Origin: Candidatus Babeliales bacterium
Lineage (GTDB): Bacteria > Babelota > Babeliae > Babelales > Vermiphilaceae
Direction of reading: 5' to 3'
NCBI GenBank assembly: GCA_963743635.1
Contig: CAVUQO010000003.1
Location: forward strand, 32,001 to 96,000
DNA: 64,000 bases
The notes under the pieces were generated by a model. It was not told the origin of the DNA. It ran no database searches and was given only the letters and a program-made list of their open reading frames with translations. The position numbers and the translations under genes were made by a program. This document shows positions 1-8,539 of the stretch, piece after piece. Numbering within the stretch: the first letter of the stretch is position 1; each line of letters starts with the position of its first letter.

Positions 1-18
1 AACAAAGGATGAATCGCA

Positions 19-747
19 ATGCTACGCGTTCATAATCTCAAAAAATTATTTGGCTCAAAACAGATTATTGCTGACATATCATTCACCGTCAATCACGGCG
101 ATATTGCAATATTTTTGGGCAGCTCCGGAGTCGGTAAATCAACCTTGCTCCGTATATTCAATAATCTTGAATCGCTTGATGGCGGCACTATCACCCTTGA
201 TGATAAACCGCTCGACATCAAACGCGTGAATCAAAACCATACCGTCGGCATGGTGTTTCAACACAGCAATCTCTTCGATCATTTAACAATTGAAGAAAAC
301 ATCACGCTTGCATTGATACAGGTGATGAAACAATCACCAGCGCAAGCACGCACCATTGCCCACGCCTTGCTCGCAAAATACAATCTCCTAGACCAGGCTC
401 AGAAATATCCTGCCCAGCTCTCTGGAGGGCAAAAACAACGCGTTGCAATCATTCGTACACTCGCGATGAAGCCAAAAATCATCTGCTTTGACGAACCGAC
501 CTCTGCACTCGATCCATTACTCACTAATTATGTTGCGCAAAACATCCAGGAACTTGCGCGTGAAGGGTACATCATTTTAATCGCAACGCATGACACTGCA
601 TTACTTGATAAACTTGATGCAACGATTTACCTCATGCAAGATGGCGCTATTATCGAAACAGCAGACACAAAACAGTTCAGCAAAACGCCTCACGCATACC
701 CATTAATTCAGCAATTTGTATCGGGCGAAAAAAAGCAAAATTCATAA
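19..747 (+). CDS. Polar amino acid ABC transporter ATP-binding protein (GlnQ family)
   Basis: Walker A GSSGVGKST, MVFQ Q-loop, signature LSGGQKQRVAI, Walker B/D-loop CFDEPTSALDP, H-loop ATHD. Confidence 0.9.
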   Translation: MLRVHNLKKLFGSKQIIADISFTVNHGDIAIFLGSSGVGKSTLLRIFNNLESLDGGTITLDDKPLDIKRVNQNHTVGMVFQHSNLFDHLTIEENITLALIQVMKQSPAQARTIAHALLAKYNLLDQAQKYPAQLSGGQKQRVAIIRTLAMKPKIICFDEPTSALDPLLTNYVAQNIQELAREGYIILIATHDTALLDKLDATIYLMQDGAIIETADTKQFSKTPHAYPLIQQFVSGEKKQNS

Positions 748-753
748 GCAGAC

Positions 754-799
754 CCGCCTACGTTTATCCATGTCCTCAAATTTGGCAAACTGCGGCATG
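754..799. repeat. Dispersed REP-like palindromic element (GCCTWCG...CTRCGGC family), copy A
   Basis: gcctacgtttatcca...ttggcaaactgcggc aligns by eye with 60152-60197; both lie just after a stop codon. Confidence 0.65.
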
Positions 800-907
800 G
801 TTTTATCGGTCTGCGAAACATGTTAGAAATGCTGGTTTCGCAAAACAAAATAAATGCTTATTTAAAAGGCCTATCTGCTCCTAAGAAAAAAACATAGGAA
901 AAAAATC

Positions 908-936
908 TTGACATAGCATAGACGGGCTGTTAGGAT
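908..936 (+). promoter_or_regulatory. Sigma70-type promoter with no downstream + strand ORF
   Basis: TTGACA (908-913), 17-nt spacer ending TGt, TAGGAT (931-936). Confidence 0.5.
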
Positions 937-942
937 TCGTTA

Positions 943-1054
943 GCAATATCAAAAAATTAAAAAAACGTCCCTAAATGAACAATACTTTTATGTATTGTTC
1001 ACCCCCCTAACCCTTCAGCTTTTTTTCATAAAAAAGTTGAAGGGCTTTCTTTTT
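943..1054 (+). ncRNA. Candidate small RNA (two hairpins, C-rich linker, intrinsic terminator)
   Basis: Follows orphan promoter; hairpin TGAACAATAC/GTATTGTTCA 976-1001; CCCCCC linker; hairpin CCCTTCAGCT.../...AGTTGAAGGG 1011-1044 then CTTTCTTTTT. Confidence 0.35.
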
Positions 1055-1113
1055 AGACCATTCGCTATTTTTCTACGAAAAATCCTCAGGGCGACCGGGG
1101 AAAGGTGATCAAT

Positions 1114-1233
1114 GAAGAACCAAAAAAAACTCTCGATCGTCTTTGCGAGGACGATCGAGAGTCTTACATTAAGTCCACATTGATTAAAAATTGTTAGTTT
1201 TTCAGGGTTCTCTAAATTTGGTTCATAGTACCT
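1114..1233 (-). repeat. Inverted copy of the 11.52-12.01 kb locus flanks with the internal GIY-YIG cassette collapsed to a short palindrome
   Basis: Reverse complement of 1163-1233 matches 11522-11591; palindrome CTCTCGATCGTC-tttgcgag-GACGATCGAGAG; aagaaccaaa flank matches the reverse complement of ~12003-12012. Confidence 0.75.
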
Positions 1234-1837
1234 AATCAAGATTCGAAATTAATTGCCATATGTGCGCCCTGCCATCACTAGATGCAGTCACCACTCTATT
1301 ACCATCCGGTGAGAATGATGCTGACGTAACATCTCGATCATCACCCTCCAAGGTATGCAATAATGCCCCACTATTTGCATCCCATATCTTTGCCGTTGCA
1401 TCTTTACATGCAGTCACCACTCTATTACCATCCGATGAGAATGATGCTGAATTAACCACAGTAGTATCCCACAATGTATGTACTAGCTTCCCATTATTTG
1501 CATTCCATATCTTTGCCCTTCCATCACTAGGTGCCGTCACTACTCTATTACCATCCGGCGAGAATGATGCTGACTTAACATTTCCATCATCACCCTCCAA
1601 GCTATGCAATAATCCCCCACTCTTTACATCCCATATTTTTGTCGTTCCATCTTTAGACGCAGTCACTACCCTATTACCATCCGATGAGAATGATACTGAA
1701 TTAATCACATTACTATGCCACAATGTATGCTGATCCTTCCATGCATTCTTTACAACTGGTCGCTGCATCGCCCCCATGCGCCACACAACAATGCCCATCA
1801 CAACTACCACTGCTGCTATAACATTTTTTCTTTCCAT
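1232..1837 (-). CDS. Secreted WD40-repeat protein (4 near-identical repeats)
   Basis: Repeats VxSASFSPDGNRVVTASxDGxAKIW; N-terminal hydrophobic signal segment. Confidence 0.9.
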   Translation of the reverse strand: MERKNVIAAVVVVMGIVVWRMGAMQRPVVKNAWKDQHTLWHSNVINSVSFSSDGNRVVTASKDGTTKIWDVKSGGLLHSLEGDDGNVKSASFSPDGNRVVTAPSDGRAKIWNANNGKLVHTLWDTTVVNSASFSSDGNRVVTACKDATAKIWDANSGALLHTLEGDDRDVTSASFSPDGNRVVTASSDGRAHIWQLISNLD

Positions 1838-1986
1838 GTTTCCATTCCCCTTTTAGGATTATCTTGCCCGAGACCCTTATCCCAGCCGGCATTTTAGATG
1901 AGTATGGCATACTCAATGGCATAAAAACAAGGGTTTATGACCCACAGCCCCGCCCATAGGGGCCTTAGATCAAGTTTCGCATCAGA

Positions 1987-2505
1987 TTACGAAGCTGCTA
2001 CGACGAGCGAAAGGGAAAAGAGATTATCGATGCCCCGCGTAATGCGTACATCACGGGGGAGTATATGATGCGGCGATACCGCAAGGTGATCAAAGAATGC
2101 CAAGCACTGATTATAAGTGCCCGCTGCCTGCACATATAACGCCTTGTCTTGCACAGAACAATTTTCTAATACCATGCCCGCATGATCGAGAGAACTAAGC
2201 ACTGTGTTGATTTGATCATCACTAGAAAGCGAAGATGATTGTGTTGATACTTCATCGCGCAAAGCAGCAATCGCTTCAACAATGTTTTCTGCTGATGCCG
2301 TGCGCGAAAGTGCTGCGTGTTGTTGCTCTAATGCATCGATACGATTCGTAAGCGGCCAATATATGTAATGAAACCATATGCAGGTGCATACCGTCATAAA
2401 AAAGAACGTTACCAAATAGCGTCGTGTTGGTGATAACGACATACTCATGCGGTATAACCAACTCGATCGTGGTGGCAAAATGAACACAGTTACTACTCTC
2501 CTCAC
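1987..2505 (-). CDS. PilO/GspM-like bitopic membrane protein
   Basis: N-terminal TM, short coiled coil, C-terminal GTYNQCLAFFDHL resembling the PilO 'G.Y..l..Fl..l' pattern; start uncertain. Confidence 0.5.
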   Translation of the reverse strand: MRRVVTVFILPPRSSWLYRMSMSLSPTRRYLVTFFFMTVCTCIWFHYIYWPLTNRIDALEQQHAALSRTASAENIVEAIAALRDEVSTQSSSLSSDDQINTVLSSLDHAGMVLENCSVQDKALYVQAAGTYNQCLAFFDHLAVSPHHILPRDVRITRGIDNLFSLSLVVAAS

Positions 2506-2572
2506 AACGGGTTATCCGTTGTTATTGTTTTAGTTATTTTATTCGCTTACACCATGCTGAAATATGAAGATA

Positions 2573-3760
2573 TTAAAATATTTGCTTTGTCCATTGCATA
2601 GGATCTACCGCAATATTATTGATGCGCATCTCCCAATGCAAGTGATAGCCGGTTGCATATCCTGTTTTGCCGATAGTTCCAATAGGATTGCCTTTGGCAA
2701 CTTTTTGCCCTACTTCAACTTTTGAGAAATCTTCAAGATGGTAAAAGAGAGAGAGAAGACCAAAACCATGATCGATCACAATGGTGTTACCAGCATCTGC
2801 ATAACGATCTTTCAATACAACAACCCCATCCTGCGGTGCCCATACAACGCTGCGTGGCGCGTTATAGACATCGAGTGCTTTGTGCATGTAACGCCCTTTT
2901 TCTTGGGTCGTGCGCACGGCGCCAAACTCACAGGTAATCTGCTGAATATCAATCGGCGCGCAGAATGCTCCGCGCCACAATTTTTCTCGTTGCGATTCTG
3001 CTGCTAACTGCGCCAACTTCATTTCACGTTCACTTGAATCAATGCCCACCTCATGTTCATGTTTCACTTTTTCTGGATCAAGTTTTAGGTTTTGTTTTTT
3101 GAAAGGAAAGGCAACAATCTGAAATCTATTATCAAGATTAAGTGTGTTACCCACGCGATCAGTTATCGCAACATTAAATAGATATTCATTAGGCGTTTCT
3201 TCACAAGGAACTGGTACGTAACATTCATAAATCAATGAATTTTTAGTCTCTGGGAAACATGGATACGATTTAGAAAGAATTTGCACTTGCGCATCTTTCA
3301 ATTCCTTATTCGCCTGGAATTGCACGTGTAACGTACGACCTTGAAAGACTTTGTGATCAGAATCCGCTTTTACAAATGCTGCCTGTAATGGCACGTTATC
3401 CACTACGAAGTTAATCTCTTGCGAAGCTTTATTTCTGTTAAACCTAGAATCTAAAAATTCGATCTTGAGTACATGGGATCCATTTGGCAATGGACGAGTC
3501 GGGATTGGGAAGAATTGCTCTTGCCTGCCCACACTTATTTTAAATAATGATTGATTATCTAATTTCACCGACAATTCACCCGATTTTGAAGAAAGAACCG
3601 CGCACTGCACGTCTCCGCAATAATGCCCTCCATTTTCCAATCCTGAAATCATCACAACCGGTACCGTTTTATCAAAGAAATAAAGATACACTTTGTATCC
3701 AATCCAAGCAGTAAAAGCAAGAATAAGGGTAAGGATCAAATAACGAATATAGCGAATCAT
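2573..3760 (-). CDS. M23 family metallopeptidase (peptidoglycan endopeptidase)
   Basis: HKALD (HxxxD), IDHG, YHL, TGYATGYHLHWE (HxH); N-terminal TM. Confidence 0.9.
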   Translation of the reverse strand: MIRYIRYLILTLILAFTAWIGYKVYLYFFDKTVPVVMISGLENGGHYCGDVQCAVLSSKSGELSVKLDNQSLFKISVGRQEQFFPIPTRPLPNGSHVLKIEFLDSRFNRNKASQEINFVVDNVPLQAAFVKADSDHKVFQGRTLHVQFQANKELKDAQVQILSKSYPCFPETKNSLIYECYVPVPCEETPNEYLFNVAITDRVGNTLNLDNRFQIVAFPFKKQNLKLDPEKVKHEHEVGIDSSEREMKLAQLAAESQREKLWRGAFCAPIDIQQITCEFGAVRTTQEKGRYMHKALDVYNAPRSVVWAPQDGVVVLKDRYADAGNTIVIDHGFGLLSLFYHLEDFSKVEVGQKVAKGNPIGTIGKTGYATGYHLHWEMRINNIAVDPMQWTKQIF

Positions 3761-3897
3761 GGCAGGCCTTTATAAATGATAGAGAGATAAATACGTGAAT
3801 ACATATGATGCCCAATACTATACTGCTTTTTATCAAGAACGTAAATTGATCTCTGCGCTCTCAATTCGATTTTCACCCATTTCTTAAAATTAAAATC

Positions 3898-3927
3898 TTG
3901 CTCCCCTTCTTGCCCCTATGTTACGCT
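3898..3927 (+). promoter_or_regulatory. Shared promoter module, copy 1
   Basis: TTGCTC-18nt(ending TGt)-TACGCT; cctatgttacg..cagaa.aatc recurs upstream of 6968 and 8540. Confidence 0.55.
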
Positions 3928-3959
3928 GCAGAAGAATCAATACTAAAAAGGAGTAATGT

Positions 3960-5156
3960 ATGAAGACCATGCAAAAAATAACCCTTCTGGTGCTCATAAA
4001 CCTGAGCCTCCACAATCAGCCGATATTTGCGATGAACCAGGAAAAGTTACAAGAGCTTAAGCAACAAGAACAAGAAAAGAGAAAAAGGGAAGCAGCAGAG
4101 GCTGCCACAGCCGCTTCTAAGGCTGAGCGAGAAACCGAAGCCTCCAGGCAACAAATTAAAGAAATGGAGCAGCTCCGAGAAAATATTGTCAAAAAAAAAG
4201 AACGTATTGCCAAAATGGAAGAAAAAGAAGCCGAATCTTCTGAATCCGAAGAAGAAGAAGAGAAACCAAGGAAACCGGCAATCCCTAAAGGAAAAGGGAA
4301 AGCCAAACAACCAATAAGAAAAGAAGAAAGTGAATCTGAATCCGAAGAAGAAGAAGAGAAACCAAGGAAACCGGCAACTCCTAAAGTAAAACAAGAAGGA
4401 GAGTCTTCGCGGGCTGGGGAGCTTAGAGGTAGACAACAAGAAATAGCGAGAGAAGTTCTTGAATTAATTACAACAATGCCAGAGTTTTGTGCACAAAAAA
4501 TACATGCTATTAAACAACATGAAAAAGGAAGTCCGGAATACGAAAGATTAGTAGCAAAATACCGACCACAAGAAAAAAAATTGAATGATAAATTAGCACG
4601 CCTACAAGCATCATATACAAAAGAATTAGTCGAAAACTTGCAGGATGATCCTACTGTTCAAAAAATTACCAACATTCTTAAAAAGGGCGTCTTTCTCATA
4701 GATTACGGGAAAGAAGAAGCCGTAAAAAAGATAGAGCCACTGATAGCAAGAGATGAAAAACAGAAACAAATGATCAGAAAGAAAATAGAGCAAGACATAG
4801 TAGCAGCTCAAAAAAATCCAGCACTCAAAGCTGAGGTTAAGAAGAAAAGGGAAATAATTAAAAAGGAAATACCCGGACTTTATATAAATGAAGCAGAAGC
4901 AGATGGGAAGCTACTATGGACCAAAGTAAAGGTGTTAAAAAAACAAGCGAAACTGGCAGAGACAGAGAGAGAGCGGAAAGCCATCGAAGATGAGATTGAC
5001 ATGCTCTATCGAATGTATCCCCATATTATTGTAGCGACTGAATTGATGGAGGAACGCAAGCTAAAGATTTACACAGAAATAGACATCTCCCGTTACGTTG
5101 ATGCAAAAATAGATGAACTTGTAGAAGAGTATAAGAAAAACAAGAAAAATCAGTAA
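3960..5156 (+). CDS. Secreted charged coiled-coil protein, putative effector
   Basis: AAGGAG RBS; signal peptide MKTMQKITLL...PIFA|M shared with 8540; E/K-rich; duplicated SESEEEEEKPRKPA. Confidence 0.75.
   Translation: MKTMQKITLLVLINLSLHNQPIFAMNQEKLQELKQQEQEKRKREAAEAATAASKAERETEASRQQIKEMEQLRENIVKKKERIAKMEEKEAESSESEEEEEKPRKPAIPKGKGKAKQPIRKEESESESEEEEEKPRKPATPKVKQEGESSRAGELRGRQQEIAREVLELITTMPEFCAQKIHAIKQHEKGSPEYERLVAKYRPQEKKLNDKLARLQASYTKELVENLQDDPTVQKITNILKKGVFLIDYGKEEAVKKIEPLIARDEKQKQMIRKKIEQDIVAAQKNPALKAEVKKKREIIKKEIPGLYINEAEADGKLLWTKVKVLKKQAKLAETERERKAIEDEIDMLYRMYPHIIVATELMEERKLKIYTEIDISRYVDAKIDELVEEYKKNKKNQ
4239..4386 (+). repeat. Intragenic direct repeat (two ~50-bp copies)
   Basis: tctgaatccgaagaagaagaagagaaaccaaggaaaccggcaa at 4239 and 4335. 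Confidence 0.85.
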
Positions 5157-5327
5157 TCATACAATTTCCTCTTATATCACTATAATAAGGCGAACTCGAT
5201 CTAAGAAAAAAGGAGACGAACGGGAATAGAGAAAGACTTTTTTAACTATGTATGAATTAAGTATCGATCAGCCTAAATTGTTCAAAAAAAAGAAATCTTA
5301 TTAACTATATTGATAAAGGATATAGGT

Positions 5328-6836
5328 ATGAATACTCATCAATCTAAGGGCATTGTATTATTGCTCCTCATATTAATCGGCGCTCCCATGTATCTTCATG
5401 GTATCACTATAACCCCCGTAACAGGCTCTCCCTTTACGGACCTGCCAAACTACTTCGGCGCAGGACTTTGTTATTCCCCTAATGGCCAATGGCTTGCATG
5501 CGCTAATAGTGATGAACCTGGTAGTGTCTCCATTTATGCGGTTGCCTCAAATGGTGTAATAACGCAGATCACAGGATCACCCTTTGTAACGCATGGCCTT
5601 GAGCCAGACTGTGTTGCCTACTCACCTGATGGGCAGTTTTTGGTTGTGGGTAATTATTTGAGTAATAATTCTGGAGGTCTTCTAAGTACGATATCGCTCT
5701 TTTCTGTAAATCAAAGTACAGGCGCATTGACGCAACTTGATCCTAGTACAGGCTCGTCATCGCCTGCGACACTGGAAACGGCAGGCTATGATTTAGAAAC
5801 AATCTACTATTCGCCCAATGGCAAATTTATTGCTGCCGCACTTTCTAACAATACAAATTACGGGGAAGTTGGCATGTATACGGTAAATTCCAGCACCGGC
5901 GCATTAACACTTGCTGGAACATTCCCTACAACCCATCCCCTCGATGATGATGTTTCCGATGAAATTGCTTTTTCTCCCGATAGCAACTATATCGCGCAAG
6001 CAAATAGTGATGGCACAAATACGATAACTATTTTTACTGTTGATCAGAGTACCGGAGTATTAGGGCCAAATAATGAGGGGGTTTATGGCACTGATTATAC
6101 GGTGACAGAAGGAGCAGGTTTTTTTTCGGGCATAGCCTATTCACCCAATGGCAAACTACTCGTAGTAAGCGATACACATGATAATCTTTTTACCTTCACG
6201 CTGAATAACGGGGTACCCACCTATGCTGCAACGATCGCTCCAGCATCGTACATATCTGGGGACACCTCTGTTGTTTTCTCTCCTGATTCTCAGCTGATAG
6301 CATTAGCAAACGATCAGGATACTTATATTTATGTATTTAGCGTTACTGAAAACGGCGCTATGACGCAAGTGGCGCAGTTGAGTGCTATAGAGAACATAAC
6401 AGATGTAGTGTTTTCCCCAACTCTTAATGATCCAATATCCTTTCTTTCTGCTTGCGGATCTACAGCTTCCCCGAGCACTAGAGGACGATTCCCCCTTACC
6501 GGCGGCGCTATAGCAAGCTACATCGTGCCAGTTGCATCATCTTCACCATCTTCACCAACCAACGTGACCGCAACGCGCACGCGCAATATATTTCTCTTGC
6601 AAACTGATCTGATTAACTTGATCACCTGGGGTGCACCAACGAGTGGAAGTCCCGTTACTTATAACATCTATCGCGATCCGGCGCTCACGCAACTAATTGG
6701 CATTGTGCCTGCAACAAGCCCGCTTCAATTTTATGATCATGATCGCCAACCAAATGTTACCTATACCTATTACATCACCGCTGTTGATGGAAGTGGCAAC
6801 AATTCACTCCCAAGCATCGTGAGCATCGTAGGGTAA
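5328..6836 (+). CDS. Secreted lactonase-like beta-propeller protein with C-terminal FN3-like domain, paralog 1
   Basis: Seven (Y/F)SP(D/N)G-type blade motifs; tail with ITW, YNIYR, YTYYITAVD; ATG 5328 chosen by identity with paralog 6968. Confidence 0.85.
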   Translation: MNTHQSKGIVLLLLILIGAPMYLHGITITPVTGSPFTDLPNYFGAGLCYSPNGQWLACANSDEPGSVSIYAVASNGVITQITGSPFVTHGLEPDCVAYSPDGQFLVVGNYLSNNSGGLLSTISLFSVNQSTGALTQLDPSTGSSSPATLETAGYDLETIYYSPNGKFIAAALSNNTNYGEVGMYTVNSSTGALTLAGTFPTTHPLDDDVSDEIAFSPDSNYIAQANSDGTNTITIFTVDQSTGVLGPNNEGVYGTDYTVTEGAGFFSGIAYSPNGKLLVVSDTHDNLFTFTLNNGVPTYAATIAPASYISGDTSVVFSPDSQLIALANDQDTYIYVFSVTENGAMTQVAQLSAIENITDVVFSPTLNDPISFLSACGSTASPSTRGRFPLTGGAIASYIVPVASSSPSSPTNVTATRTRNIFLLQTDLINLITWGAPTSGSPVTYNIYRDPALTQLIGIVPATSPLQFYDHDRQPNVTYTYYITAVDGSGNNSLPSIVSIVG

Positions 6837-6857
6837 AGAGGTCACACCATATTCACC

Positions 6858-6890
6858 TGCCCAACCGAGGAGCAATTCCCTGGTTGGGCA
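6858..6890. repeat. Repeated intergenic hairpin, copy 1
   Basis: TGCCCAACCGAGGA-GCAA-TTCCCTGGTTGGGCA, also at 8438 and 10623; no U-tract. Confidence 0.85.
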
Positions 6891-6967
6891 TAATTCTTGC
6901 TTCCTATTTTACGCCTATGTTACGCTCCAGAAAAATCTTATAAACTATATTAATAAAGGATATAGGT

Positions 6968-8416
6968 ATGAATACTCATCAATCTAAGGGCATTGTATTA
7001 TTGCTCCTCATATTAATCGGCGCTCCCATGTATCTTCATGGTATCACTATAACCCCCGTAACGGGCTCTCCCTTTACAGGCCTGCCCAACAGCGAGCTCT
7101 CAGGGCTCTGTTATTCTCCCAATGGCAAATGGCTCGCATGCGCTAATTCTGGGCTTGGTCCTGGCACGGTCTCGATTTATGCGGTTGCCTTAAATGGTGT
7201 AATAACGCAGATCTACGAATCACCCTTTGCAACGAATGGCTATACTCCAACATGTGTTGCTTACTCACCTGATGGTAATTTTTTAGTTGCGGGTAATACT
7301 GAAGATTCTCCAAGCACGATATCGCTTTTTTCTGTAAATCAAAGTACAGGCGCGTTGACGCAACTTGATCCTACAGGCGGCTATCCATCGACTGACACAC
7401 TGGAAACGGAAGGCTATTTTTTAAAAATAATCTACTATTCGCCCAATGGCAAATTTATTGCTGCGGCACTTAATAGCTATGGATCCTACAGCGCAATTGG
7501 CATGTATACGGTAAATTCCAGCACCGGCGCATTAACACTTGCTGGAACATTCCCTACAAACCACTCTCTCGATAATGATGTTTCCGATGAAATTGCTTTT
7601 TCTCCCGATAGCAACTATATCGCGCAAGCAAATGATGATGACACAAATACGATAACTATTTTTACTGTTGATCAGAGTACCGGAGCATTAGGGCCAAAAA
7701 ATGGGGAGGTTTATGGCACTGATTATACGGTGACAGGAGGATCAGGTTATTTTTCGAGCATAGCCTATTCACCCAATGGCAAACTGCTCGTAGTAAGCGA
7801 TACAAATGATAATCTTTTTACCTTCACGCTGAATAATGGGGTACCCACCTATGCTGCAACGATCGCTCCAACATTGCCTGTGAGAGATGCAGAGACCTCT
7901 GTTGTTTTCTCTCCTGATTCTCAGCTGATAGCGCTAGCAAATGATCATGATACTTATATTTATGTATTTAGCGTTACTGAAACCGGCGCTATGGCTCAAG
8001 TGGCGCAGTTGAGTTCTCCAACTGAGATATCAGATTTAGTGTTTTCCCCAACTCTTAATGATCCAATATCCTTTCTTTCTGCTTGCCGCAATCTCACTAT
8101 AGCAAGCTACATCGTGCCAATTTCATCATCTTCACCAACCAACGTGACCGCAACGCGCACGCGCAATATATTTCTCTTGCAAACTGATCTGATTAACTTG
8201 ATCACCTGGGGTGCACCAACAAGTGGAAGTCCCGTTACTTATAACATCTATCGCGATCCGGCGCTCACGCAACTAATTGGCATTGTGCCTGCAACAAGCC
8301 CGCTTCAATTTTATGATCATGATCGTCAACCAAATGTTACCTATACCTATTACATCACCGCTGTTGATGGAAGTGGCAATGCTTCGCTCCCAAGCATAGT
8401 GAGCATCGTAGGGTAA
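6968..8416 (+). CDS. Secreted lactonase-like beta-propeller protein with C-terminal FN3-like domain, paralog 2 (tandem duplicate)
   Basis: Near-identical N- and C-terminal DNA to 5328-6836 with divergent loops. Confidence 0.85.
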   Translation: MNTHQSKGIVLLLLILIGAPMYLHGITITPVTGSPFTGLPNSELSGLCYSPNGKWLACANSGLGPGTVSIYAVALNGVITQIYESPFATNGYTPTCVAYSPDGNFLVAGNTEDSPSTISLFSVNQSTGALTQLDPTGGYPSTDTLETEGYFLKIIYYSPNGKFIAAALNSYGSYSAIGMYTVNSSTGALTLAGTFPTNHSLDNDVSDEIAFSPDSNYIAQANDDDTNTITIFTVDQSTGALGPKNGEVYGTDYTVTGGSGYFSSIAYSPNGKLLVVSDTNDNLFTFTLNNGVPTYAATIAPTLPVRDAETSVVFSPDSQLIALANDHDTYIYVFSVTETGAMAQVAQLSSPTEISDLVFSPTLNDPISFLSACRNLTIASYIVPISSSSPTNVTATRTRNIFLLQTDLINLITWGAPTSGSPVTYNIYRDPALTQLIGIVPATSPLQFYDHDRQPNVTYTYYITAVDGSGNASLPSIVSIVG

Positions 8417-8437
8417 AGAGGTTACACCATATTCACC

Positions 8438-8470
8438 TGCCCAACCGAGGAGCAATTCCCTGGTTGGGCA
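8438..8470. repeat. Repeated intergenic hairpin, copy 2
   Basis: Identical to 6858-6890 and followed by the same promoter module. Confidence 0.85.
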
Positions 8471-8539
8471 TAATTCTTGCTTCTCTTTTTACCCCTATGT
8501 TACGATCCAGAAAAATCTTATTACTAAGGAAGCAATCGT

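Noticed and set aside
1015..1922. ORFs 1015-1239(-), 1260-1733(+), 1713-1922(-) and 1715-1897(+)
   Set aside because: Shadow frames of the WD40 gene or translations of repeat DNA
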